NCBI RefSeq assembly: GCF_965262695.1 | Contig: NZ_OZ253550.1 | Span: 233,671-273,670 of the forward strand | Reading direction: 5' to 3' | Length of the DNA stretch: 40,000 nucleotides | Source of the DNA: Nitrosopumilus sp. | GTDB taxonomy: Archaea > Thermoproteota > Nitrososphaeria > Nitrososphaerales > Nitrosopumilaceae | Shown here: positions 17,757 to 26,087 of the stretch, piece after piece | Position numbering within the stretch: position 1 is the stretch's first letter | How the letters are laid out: the number at the start of each line of letters is the position of its first letter | Translations under genes and position numbers: made by a program | The notes under the pieces: generated by a model | Told to the model about the DNA's origin: nothing | The model's database searches: none | Seen by the model: only the letters and a program-made list of their open reading frames with translations

Positions 17757-19007
17757 CTATTCAGGTTTTTGTTCTATACTTTGTTCTGGTTCACTATTTC
17801 CACTTCTCTGTTCTTTTCTATATTCCATCTTCAACCAAATTGGTGTAATTATTGTTGTGACTGCAACCATGATTACAATTGTAGAATATACTTCTGATGT
17901 TAATACTCCTGCAGTCACTCCTACACCTGCAACAATTAATCCTACTTCTCCTCTTGAAATCATTCCAATTCCCACTCTCATTCCCTGAGCTTTGTTTTTC
18001 AAGAAGAACATTGCTGGCAATCCACAACCTAATAGTTTTGTAACAATTGCAACTGCAATGATCACTCCACTGATCATCAAAATATTCAAATCTACTGCAC
18101 GAAGATCCACTTGCGCTCCAATAATTGCAAAGAATAACGGCGCAAAAATTAATCCAATTTTTCCAATGTAATTTTCAACCTTTTCAAACACTTTAGTTGT
18201 TGATAATGCCATTCCCACTGCAAACGCACCTACAATTGGTGATAACCCAATCGAGCCTGCAAGCGCTGCAGCACCAAAGAATGACGCTGTCGCGATTCCT
18301 TCAACACTGCCCTTTGCCTTCCATAATCTTGGAGTGATGACTTTGGGAATTACTATTACTGCTACAACTAACATAATTGCAAAGAATCCTAATACTTGTA
18401 GAATCGTTATCATTACGTCTGTGATAACTATGCTTTCAATTCCTGCATCTGAACCTGTAATTGAAATCACCACTGACAAAACTGCAATTGCTAAAATGTC
18501 ATCTACTACTGCTGCACCGATAATCAATCTAGCTTCAGGAGCCTTTAGTTTTCCAAATTCACTAAGTACTTGAATAGAAATTGCAATACTGGTAGCTGTA
18601 AGCGCCGTCGCAATCAACATTGACTCTAATGCTTCAAATCCAAACAATCCGAAAATTACAAAACCCGCAAAGAACGGGACGACCACCCCTAACGTGCCAA
18701 CTGTAAACGACGCCTTTCCACCTTTAAGAAATTCCTTGGGTGTCATTTCTAATCCTGCCATAAACAAAATTACAATTGCCCCCATCTCTCCTAGAATTTT
18801 TATCTCATCGTTGATATGCAACAATTGTTTTCCGTCTAAAATGAAAAATTGACCTAACGCAAATGGTCCTACAATCATTCCTGCTAATAATTCCCCTAAC
18901 ACAATTGGCAGTTTTAATCTCAAGAAAAGCTCTGCCATTAATTTAGCTGCAAAAAGAAGTATTCCTATACCAATGATTGTTTCAATAAAATGTGCATCTG
19001 CAGCCAT
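17757..19007 (-). CDS. cation:proton antiporter (CPA2, Kef/NapA-like), copy 2
   Basis: About 12 TM helices. N-terminus LLFAAKLMAELFLRLKLPIVLGELLAGMIVGP parallels copy 1. Confidence 0.8.
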   Translation of the reverse strand: MAADAHFIETIIGIGILLFAAKLMAELFLRLKLPIVLGELLAGMIVGPFALGQFFILDGKQLLHINDEIKILGEMGAIVILFMAGLEMTPKEFLKGGKASFTVGTLGVVVPFFAGFVIFGLFGFEALESMLIATALTATSIAISIQVLSEFGKLKAPEARLIIGAAVVDDILAIAVLSVVISITGSDAGIESIVITDVMITILQVLGFFAIMLVVAVIVIPKVITPRLWKAKGSVEGIATASFFGAAALAGSIGLSPIVGAFAVGMALSTTKVFEKVENYIGKIGLIFAPLFFAIIGAQVDLRAVDLNILMISGVIIAVAIVTKLLGCGLPAMFFLKNKAQGMRVGIGMISRGEVGLIVAGVGVTAGVLTSEVYSTIVIMVAVTTIITPIWLKMEYRKEQRSGNSEPEQSIEQKPE

Positions 19008-19081
19008 CTTTCTCTTATAATTCTGGAGAAATGTGTAATATAAGGCGATACTAGGTTGAAAATTATTTTACTATTGTTAAA

Positions 19082-20104
19082 TTAAGCAATTTTTTGTGAA
19101 TTTACAAAAACACCTTTCTTGGAAATGATCTGCCCAATTTCCTGACTTGAAATCTTGTATTTTTTGAATATTGATTTGATTCTTGTTGCCTGTTCTTTTG
19201 GTGCAATCACACAGAATCCTACTCCCATATTGAATGTCTTGTACATTTCTTCAGATTTTACTCCTTGCTCTTCTACAAGCCCCATAATTGGTGGTATTTT
19301 TGGCAAAGAGTCTATCTCATAACCTATCTTCTTTAGGCGTAATAGTTTGGTAAATGAGCCTCCAGTAATATGGGCAAGACCTGTAACCTTGCATTTTTCC
19401 ACCATTTCTAAAACTGGTTTTGTATAGATTTCAGTTGGCTTTAGCAATGCGTCCCCTATGGTCCCTACTCCTTTTACCTTGTCTTTAACTGAATATTTTT
19501 TCAACAGTGCTTTTCTTGCAAGAGAGTATCCGTTTGAATGAATCCCTGTACTGTTTGCACCAATTATTACATCTCCTGATTTTATTTTATTTCCAAGTAC
19601 CATCTGTTTTTTTTCTACTAATCCTACAACCATTCCTGCTAAATCAAACGCAAAACCTTTTCCCTCTATGACATCTGGCATGATGGCAGTTTCTCCACCC
19701 ACAATTGGCATTGCAGATTTCTTTGCACCTTTTACTAATCCCTCTACAATCTTTTTGAAAATTGGAACATCGTTTTTGTTTGCTGCAATATAATCTACAA
19801 ATGATATTGGTGTTGCACCAATACAGATTATATCATTAACATTCATTGCAACACAATCAATTCCTATTGTATTGTATTTTTTCATCATGTTTGCAATTAC
19901 CACTTTTGTTCCAACTCCGTCAGTATGTGTTGCTAAAAGTTTTCCTCCTGGAATTTCCACAATTCCTGCATAATGTCCAAACCCATGAGCTATCTTTGCT
20001 TTTTTCTGAAGTTTATGAGTTGATGAAATTAACTTGCCTATTGCCATCTGGCTTTGTTTAATTTTAGAAATGTCTACTCCTGCTTTTTTGTATGTTAGAG
20101 CCAT
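19082..20104 (-). CDS. purM: phosphoribosylformylglycinamidine cyclo-ligase (AIR synthetase)
   Basis: YKKAGVDI..., THTDGVGTKV, DCVAMNVNDI and GGETA motifs across 340 aa. Confidence 0.9.
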   Translation of the reverse strand: MALTYKKAGVDISKIKQSQMAIGKLISSTHKLQKKAKIAHGFGHYAGIVEIPGGKLLATHTDGVGTKVVIANMMKKYNTIGIDCVAMNVNDIICIGATPISFVDYIAANKNDVPIFKKIVEGLVKGAKKSAMPIVGGETAIMPDVIEGKGFAFDLAGMVVGLVEKKQMVLGNKIKSGDVIIGANSTGIHSNGYSLARKALLKKYSVKDKVKGVGTIGDALLKPTEIYTKPVLEMVEKCKVTGLAHITGGSFTKLLRLKKIGYEIDSLPKIPPIMGLVEEQGVKSEEMYKTFNMGVGFCVIAPKEQATRIKSIFKKYKISSQEIGQIISKKGVFVNSQKIA

Positions 20105-20153
20105 AGTTTGTTGCCCTTTTGCTGTGAATAAAAGAATTTGCCCCTCGATTCGA

Positions 20154-20879
20154 TCACATGTACATTCCAGCTATCTCTTCTCTGTGCTCTACATATTTTT
20201 GAGATAATTCACTAAATTCTGAATGAATTCTCTCTTTTTCTTCTTGCATATCTGTTGTATCTATATTCATATCGTAGAATCGATTTAGAGCCTCAATTAG
20301 AGTTACTGCGGCTGCAGAATCTGTAGTATCTCTGCTTGCCTTTGCCAATAATGTTAATCCTTGAATTTCTCTTACCAAACATTCGTTTAGTATTCCTCCT
20401 GGAATCCCTGTGATGAATCCTTGTGGAATCATACTGATGTCTTTATCTGCCATGGTTCTTACCAAATCTTCTTCTGCAGCACAGTATGCTTTGTCATCAT
20501 GTTCAGTACTTGCAACTCCATCTAAAATTACAATCTCTTTTGATCCTTTTATTGCTGCCCAATCTAAAATTGATGCAACTAATGAATAAAGTCCTTCCAT
20601 TTTTAATGTAATTTCACAAATTATTGCACAAACTGTTCCTTCTTTGTTTGCATAGAATCTAAATGGATGACGTAATCTCCCTCTCATAAACACTGTTGAT
20701 GGTGGAAGATATTTTGATCTCATCACTGCAATTTCTTCCATCTCTAATTTCTCAATTATATGATTAATTGCAACTGGCCCTACAAGACCTGCGCCAACAA
20801 ACCCTGCAAAAATTACAGGACTTTTCAATTCCATTTCTTTTATCTCAAAGACTTCAGCTTCTGGAAATTCTTTTGACAC
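20154..20879 (-). CDS. PAC2-family proteasome assembly chaperone-like protein
   Basis: 241 aa with the pattern PVIFAGFVGAGLVGPVAINHIIEKL...VRE...LL typical of archaeal PAC2-family proteins. GTG start. Confidence 0.6.
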   Translation of the reverse strand: MSKEFPEAEVFEIKEMELKSPVIFAGFVGAGLVGPVAINHIIEKLEMEEIAVMRSKYLPPSTVFMRGRLRHPFRFYANKEGTVCAIICEITLKMEGLYSLVASILDWAAIKGSKEIVILDGVASTEHDDKAYCAAEEDLVRTMADKDISMIPQGFITGIPGGILNECLVREIQGLTLLAKASRDTTDSAAAVTLIEALNRFYDMNIDTTDMQEEKERIHSEFSELSQKYVEHREEIAGMYM

Positions 20880-21172
20880 TGTTTACGTCGATTTGTTCTG
20901 TCTAATTACTTTACTGAATAAGTATTTTGTACACTTTTTGTTAGACAGAATTTAGTAATCTTTTTGTAATAATTAGAACTTAAGACCAAAAACAATTAGT
21001 TTCTTGGTGACAGTTCCAATTATGGGTACTTTTACAAAAATAGTATTTAGTATATTCTGATGATTTGTATGAATCATTTCTACGTGTCTTTTTTATGCAA
21101 ATTCTGTTTAGTAGATTTGTACAATTGATGGGAGTCATTCATCAACCGTGTGCCAGACCATAGCGTTTCTGT

Positions 21173-21197
21173 CAGGTCATTTTTGACCTGGCTTTTT
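21173..21197 (+). terminator. orphan hairpin plus T-run (caggtc-attttt-gacctg-gcttttt)
   Basis: Perfect 6-bp GC-rich stem, 6-nt loop and T5 tail on the + strand. No upstream + strand gene. It lies 47 nt upstream of the 21244 start. Confidence 0.3.
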
Positions 21198-21243
21198 ACT
21201 TTACTTTGTTCGTAAAACTTGAAATTTTACTAATGATTCATCA

Positions 21244-22962
21244 GTGCCCGCTAAATATCAAAATCTCAGATTTTTGTACATGGTGGGCACGGGATACCTG
21301 TTTGCAGTTGGGATATTTTGCACATTTTTCCTAAATTCTGCCTATGCTCAAACTATGGGGGATCAGACTACTTTGTCAGGAGATCTACAAAACAATCCTG
21401 TTGCTCAGGACATTCTCAAAAAAATTGAGCAAAGCAAAAAATGGATTGAAAAAATTGAGCAACGAAATTTTGAAGATTCTAAACGACAATTAGAATTAGA
21501 ACAAAAACGCACAGAAGTACTACAAAGTTTGGAAGAAGATTTAAGAAAATGGGAGGAACTCTGGGGTTATTACACATTTGACAATATGATTGCAAGGGTA
21601 TTGGAAAATAGTCCTGCAAAAGACACATCTAGCATTTATGATCATCCTTTAAAATTCACTGCATCAAAGATTGATGCTGGACGAGAAGCGTTACAAAAAG
21701 TTATTTTGGCTGGTGGAGGTCCTGAAGAAGCAAGAGATGCATTTGTCAAAGCTGCCAAAATAACAAGAGCTGAAATGGTGTCTGCAAATGCCCTTTATAA
21801 TGTTCTAAACAATAATGCTTACTACAACCAACAAGTACTTTTTGATTCTGATGGTGGATTCAATTATGAACTCTCTGGAGAAGAATTAAGGAAATATTAT
21901 CGAGACTTTAGAACAAATCCAGAATATCTAAATGCAAACCCTTTTGATGAAATCTCTTGGGAGGATCTTGGTAGAACAAATTCTAGTACTGAATGTAGAC
22001 CTGGGCATGTTTTAGTTTACAGAACTCATGCAGACGATTATGTTTGTACAACAGAATACACAGCTGAGATGTGGGTTCGACACAATATGGGAAAAATTGT
22101 TGATGGCTCACATGGAGAATCTTATGCTGTGCTAACTGAACAGAAATTAAATAAAGACAGAATTTTGCAAAAAGCAGATAACTTAAACTCGAAAATCAAA
22201 TCAATGCAAATTCATTATGAAGAACGGATTTCAGAAACTATTGCAAAATATGCCTCTCTTATAGATGATATCGTCTCAGAAAAACAGGCTGAAGAAAAAC
22301 AAATTCTTGAAAATCTCATTCAGTCTGATGATGCTTCAAAAAAGATAACGAGTCAACAAATTGCCAATATTAGAGAAAAATTTGATGAATTTGAAAAAAA
22401 CATTCTGGATGAAAAAGATGACGTGTTGAAAATTTTAGAAGATCAACATCTAACCTCAATAGAGGAATTTGTAGATATTCACAATTCTGATGATGACCTT
22501 AAGATAGAATGGAATCATGACTATCCTATTTTTTATCCCTCTGCATACTATTTCCCACAAAACTCTGATTCAAATTCTATAATTAAGACTAGTTTTGATG
22601 ATGATGTCTCTGGTTTTATTGTTGATAATGCAAGTCTAAAAAATGCATTTGGTGAAAAAATACATTCATTGAAACCTGGCCAACTAGTTCAAGTGACTTC
22701 GGACATTACAAATCATGATGATATTTCAAAAAAATTTGCTTATCTAGTTGAGATTAGAGATGAGCAAAATCAAATTGTTCAACCATTAAAATGGATTACA
22801 GGACAACTTGATTCAGACCAAACTCTTAACTTGGGATTATCTTGGGTCCCAAAAAACACTGGCAATTTTTATGCAGATGTTTTTATTGGAACTAGCTTAG
22901 ACTTTGTATCTAATACAGAAACCATTTCAATTTCTGTAATTCCTTCAGATCATTCATCCTAA
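21244..22962 (+). CDS. secreted hypothetical protein (signal peptide, coiled-coil regions, two-Cys module, C-terminal beta-rich domain)
   Basis: 572-aa ORF with a GTG start. Hydrophobic N-terminus ending in SAYAQ. Module CRPGHVLVYRTHADDYVCTTEYTAEMWVRHNMG is shared with the subtilase C-terminus. Confidence 0.6.
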   Translation: MPAKYQNLRFLYMVGTGYLFAVGIFCTFFLNSAYAQTMGDQTTLSGDLQNNPVAQDILKKIEQSKKWIEKIEQRNFEDSKRQLELEQKRTEVLQSLEEDLRKWEELWGYYTFDNMIARVLENSPAKDTSSIYDHPLKFTASKIDAGREALQKVILAGGGPEEARDAFVKAAKITRAEMVSANALYNVLNNNAYYNQQVLFDSDGGFNYELSGEELRKYYRDFRTNPEYLNANPFDEISWEDLGRTNSSTECRPGHVLVYRTHADDYVCTTEYTAEMWVRHNMGKIVDGSHGESYAVLTEQKLNKDRILQKADNLNSKIKSMQIHYEERISETIAKYASLIDDIVSEKQAEEKQILENLIQSDDASKKITSQQIANIREKFDEFEKNILDEKDDVLKILEDQHLTSIEEFVDIHNSDDDLKIEWNHDYPIFYPSAYYFPQNSDSNSIIKTSFDDDVSGFIVDNASLKNAFGEKIHSLKPGQLVQVTSDITNHDDISKKFAYLVEIRDEQNQIVQPLKWITGQLDSDQTLNLGLSWVPKNTGNFYADVFIGTSLDFVSNTETISISVIPSDHSS

Positions 22963-22969
22963 TTATTCT

Positions 22970-23317
22970 TCAGTTATTTTTCTGCATAAAGAGATTCAAC
23001 ATTGTATGTCCCTTGTCTGTAATTGTGTATATCATGTTTGATCCAACTGCCTCTTTTTTAACAAAGTTGTAATCAACACATAGATGAAGATAGTTCAGAA
23101 ATGACTTTTTCATTCTGATCTTTGATTTTGAATACAATTCTGAAAATGTCATTGGATTTCCTCTTAATTGATACAATAATTTCAACAAAGACAAAGTACT
23201 GTAATCCCTGGTTCTTGCTTTTACTGCACCTAGGATTTCTTCATCCCTTTTGATTATGAAATCTTCGAATTGTTCTGCCACTTCTAGTGGTACATATGTT
23301 AGTCTTGCTCGCATCAT
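22970..23317 (-). CDS. putative winged-helix transcriptional regulator
   Basis: 115 aa. The segment LSLLKLLYQLRGNPMTFSELYSKSKIRMKKSFLNYLHLCVDYNFVKKE fits the helix-turn-helix plus wing pattern of ArsR/MarR-like wHTH proteins. Confidence 0.5.
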   Translation of the reverse strand: MMRARLTYVPLEVAEQFEDFIIKRDEEILGAVKARTRDYSTLSLLKLLYQLRGNPMTFSELYSKSKIRMKKSFLNYLHLCVDYNFVKKEAVGSNMIYTITDKGHTMLNLFMQKNN

Positions 23318-23333
23318 ACCGTATGGTACGGTA
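23317..23333. promoter_or_regulatory. perfect palindrome TACCGTA-tgg-TACGGTA abutting the wHTH gene start codon
   Basis: 7-bp arms with a 3-bp spacer, GC-rich against an AT-rich background. The first T is the last base of the start-codon complement. An AT-rich TATA-like stretch lies about 20-27 nt further upstream on the minus strand. Confidence 0.4.
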
Positions 23334-23504
23334 CATTACTTTATTAGTCTTTAACTTGAGCTTTGTTGATCTTTCTAGCTGATTTTTTTACACTTGTATT
23401 TGACGACTACCCATCAATTCATCACATATGATCTGAATACGATCTACTATTATCTGTGATAATGGCCTAATATCATAAATAGCCCATTTTTTTGAAAATT
23501 ATTT

Positions 23505-24086
23505 GTGAAAAAAATAGAGGCTGTAATTAGGAGAAAGAATTTTCCAACAATTAAATCTCATTTACATATTATTGGTAGTTACATTATAGATAAACGAAAT
23601 TTAGAAGATAGCAACATCTATGATGAGTCTAAAGGCTCACGTGTAGGTTCTACTGGTCTCAAATCAATCCCTCTTGCAAAAATCGAAATGGTAGTACCTG
23701 ACAAAGATGCAAGAAAGGTAGTTGAGATGATTTCCAAAAATTCTGGTTTGTCTGCAACTCATGGAGGAAAAATCTTTGTTTCTGAAATGGAAGAAGTTGT
23801 AGACATGGAAACAAATGATGCTACACAAGATCTTGAACTTGTTTTAGATGAAAAACCAGAACCAATAACATTACCAAAACGCAGTAGATTTGTCCCATTA
23901 CAAAAATTCACTTTACATAAACTCCAAGTAATTTATGAAGAAAATAAAGAAACTCTTAGAACTGATTACAGAATAAAATCATTTAGTGATTTTGTAAATC
24001 ATTGTATCATGAAATACCTTCCAACATTAGAAAAACAACTAAAGAATCCTACAATTGTTTATGAAAACAATTTTGGTGATTTTTAA
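23505..24086 (+). CDS. PII-like (GlnB-fold) domain protein with ~85-aa C-terminal extension (possible RHH)
   Basis: MKKIEAVIR..., KIEMVVPDKDARKVVEMI and GGKIFVSEMEEVVDM parallel PII strands b1, b3 and b4. The T-loop is extended. The C-terminal RSRFVPLQKFTLHKLQVIYEEN...IKSFSDFVNHCIMKYL has a strand-helix-helix pattern. GTG start. Confidence 0.65.
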   Translation: MKKIEAVIRRKNFPTIKSHLHIIGSYIIDKRNLEDSNIYDESKGSRVGSTGLKSIPLAKIEMVVPDKDARKVVEMISKNSGLSATHGGKIFVSEMEEVVDMETNDATQDLELVLDEKPEPITLPKRSRFVPLQKFTLHKLQVIYEENKETLRTDYRIKSFSDFVNHCIMKYLPTLEKQLKNPTIVYENNFGDF

Positions 24087-24181
24087 AAAATATAATCTGA
24101 AAACAACCATAATCCAACTAAAGTTAGGCCAACTGCGGCCATTATCACTTTTGCAATGGATATTTTCTTAGATGTTTTCAT
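24083..24181 (-). CDS. candidate 32-aa single-TM micro-protein (B)
   Basis: Hand translation: MKTSKKISIAKVIMAAVGLTLVGLWLFSDYIF. Its ATG overlaps the stop of micro-ORF A (ATGA). Confidence 0.35.
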   Translation of the reverse strand: MKTSKKISIAKVIMAAVGLTLVGLWLFSDYIF

Positions 24182-24306
24182 ATGAAGAATAATAATATCG
24201 GTGGTATAACAATTATTCCAATGATTACAGCTACCTTTGGGTAATCTTTAGGCTTGATTGGCTGCATTTTTTCTCTTTTGAATAATTTGCTTTTACGAAC
24301 ATTCAT
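24178..24306 (-). CDS. candidate 42-aa single-TM micro-protein (A)
   Basis: Hand translation: MNVRKSKLFKREKMQPIKPKDYPKVAVIIGIIVIPPILLFFI. It starts 11 nt after the PII gene stop. Confidence 0.35.
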   Translation of the reverse strand: MNVRKSKLFKREKMQPIKPKDYPKVAVIIGIIVIPPILLFFI

Positions 24307-24317
24307 CCAAAATCACA

Positions 24318-24647
24318 TTAGATTGTTGATTCGCCCTCTTCACCTGTTGCGATATCTACTGCACGCAATACCTGTGTGACAAAAATCTTACCTACTCTGC
24401 CTTTTTCTTTGATGATGTTTACCACTTCATCTTCTTTTGAATCAGGTATGATGGCTTCGATGAAATATTTGTCATTAAATTGAGGCACAAAAATCTCACT
24501 TCCTTTTGATGCGTGAATTTCAGGTCCTGGTCTCTTTCCTCTACCTCTTACCTTTGTAACTGTGAGACCGCCTATTCCGATATTCTTTAGTGCTTCACTT
24601 ATTGACATGACGTCATTTTCGCCAAGAATAGCTTCTATTTTGAGCAT
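24318..24647 (-). CDS. PII-family nitrogen regulatory protein
   Basis: 109 aa. MLKIEAIL..., GLTVTKVRGRGK (T-loop base), YFIEAIIPD and GKIFVTQVLRAVDIATGEEGE form the canonical PII layout. Divergent from amt. Confidence 0.8.
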   Translation of the reverse strand: MLKIEAILGENDVMSISEALKNIGIGGLTVTKVRGRGKRPGPEIHASKGSEIFVPQFNDKYFIEAIIPDSKEDEVVNIIKEKGRVGKIFVTQVLRAVDIATGEEGESTI

Positions 24648-24764
24648 TTGATAATTGTAATTTCAACTTGATAAATATAATTTCTGATTTTGTATACCAA
24701 ATGATTATCATTTGACAATCAAATTAGGATATTGTTATTAATTAAAAACTAATTTTTTTCTATA

Positions 24765-26072
24765 ATGGTACTTGATTCTGGAGATACAGCGTGGATGCTT
24801 GTAGCTGGAAGTCTTGTATTACTTATGATCCCTGCATTAGGTCTTTTTGAATCTGGTTTGTTACGAAAGAAAAATGCAGCTTCAATTTTCATGCAGATCT
24901 TTTTCGGATTGGCACTTTTGAGTGTGATGTGGTTTGTATTTGGATTTAGTTTATCGTTCAGTCCTTCAGAACATGGTTTAATCGGAGATATGGAATGGGT
25001 ATTCCTCAAGGGTGTACCTTCTGATGATTCATTACCCTTTGCTCCAACCATTCCTGGTGTACTGTTTGTAAAATTCCAATTGATGTTTGCATGTATTACT
25101 CCATTACTTCTTACAGGAACAATTGCTGAGAGAATGAAGTTTAGTTCCTTTATTGTATTCATATCTGCATGGTCTATGTTGATCTACTATCCTCTTGTCC
25201 ACTGGGTATGGGGTGGAGGTTGGCTATCTGAATTAGGTGTTGTAGACTTTGCTGGTGGTATTGTAATTCACACTAGTGTTGGTATGGCTGCTTTAGCTGC
25301 TGCATTGGTACTTGGAAAGAGAAGAAATTACGGTCCTGCCATAATGATTCCTCACAGTATCCCCCTTGCAGTTCTTGGTTCATCTTTGCTATGGCTTGGA
25401 TGGTTTGGCTTTAACGCAGGTAGTGCACTTGCAGCATCAGGTGGTGTTGCAGGTAACACCGTAATTGTAACTCATATGGCTTCTTCTGTTTCTGCTTTAA
25501 TTTGGGCAGGACTTTCATGGGTAAGAACAGGAAAACCATCTGTTGTTGCTACCATCAATGGTGCAATTGCAGGTCTTGCTGGAATTACTCCTGCATCAGG
25601 ATTTGTAAGTGCTGAACATGCATTTGTAATTGGAATTGCAATCGGTGTAATCTCTTATTCTGGTGTAGTACTATTCAAAGAAAAATTACACATTGATGAT
25701 GCACTTGATGTCAGCTCAGTCCACGGTGTTGCAGGTATTGTGGGTTCTCTTGCAATCGGTATATTTGCAAGTACTATGATTAACCCTGGCGGTGTTGATG
25801 GATTACTATTTGGTAATCCTGATCAATTATGGATTCAAGCAGTAGGTGTTGCAGTTGCAGCCGCAATTGGATTTGGTGGAACGTGGATTCTGATGCAGAT
25901 AATAAAACACTTGATGGGAATACGAGTCAGTGCTGAAGTTGAAGATGTTGGTCTTGACATAAGTGAGCATGCTGAATCTGCGTACTCTGACGAAGAAGAA
26001 TTCATGTTGGATATGGATACATATACTGATGAGTTACAAGAAAAAGACGAAATCTTTAGAAAGAGAAAATAG
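24765..26072 (+). CDS. amt: ammonium transporter (Amt/MEP/Rh family)
   Basis: DSGDTAWMLVAGSLVLLMIPALGLFESGLLR, DFAGGIVIHTSVGMAALAAALVLGKR, WFGFNAGSAL and VHGVAGIVGSLAIGIF. 11 TM helices. Acidic cytoplasmic C-terminal tail. Confidence 0.92.
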   Translation: MVLDSGDTAWMLVAGSLVLLMIPALGLFESGLLRKKNAASIFMQIFFGLALLSVMWFVFGFSLSFSPSEHGLIGDMEWVFLKGVPSDDSLPFAPTIPGVLFVKFQLMFACITPLLLTGTIAERMKFSSFIVFISAWSMLIYYPLVHWVWGGGWLSELGVVDFAGGIVIHTSVGMAALAAALVLGKRRNYGPAIMIPHSIPLAVLGSSLLWLGWFGFNAGSALAASGGVAGNTVIVTHMASSVSALIWAGLSWVRTGKPSVVATINGAIAGLAGITPASGFVSAEHAFVIGIAIGVISYSGVVLFKEKLHIDDALDVSSVHGVAGIVGSLAIGIFASTMINPGGVDGLLFGNPDQLWIQAVGVAVAAAIGFGGTWILMQIIKHLMGIRVSAEVEDVGLDISEHAESAYSDEEEFMLDMDTYTDELQEKDEIFRKRK

Positions 26073-26087
26073 GTTTGGTGTATTTTC

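Noticed and set aside
17749-18573. ORFs 17749..17988 (+), 17818..18027 (-) and 18334..18573 (+) overlapping the second antiporter
   Set aside because: They are alternative or antisense frames of a 12-TM transporter gene with clear family signatures.
20906-21205. 10-bp direct repeat ttactttact (20906 and 21196) considered as target-site duplication of a MITE-like element
   Set aside because: No terminal inverted repeats lie just inside the two copies, and an AT-rich 10-mer recurring within 300 bp is not improbable by chance.
24648-24764. Short AT-rich palindromes (tgattatca, tttgacaatcaaa) and repeated ttgata boxes between the PII gene and amt
   Set aside because: 5-bp AT-only inverted repeats are expected by chance in ~25% GC intergenic DNA. 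They are plausible operators but not supportable from this sequence alone.
24749-25162. 137-aa ORF on the minus strand overlapping the amt start
   Set aside because: It is antisense to the strongly supported Amt CDS, with no motif and a shadow-frame composition.
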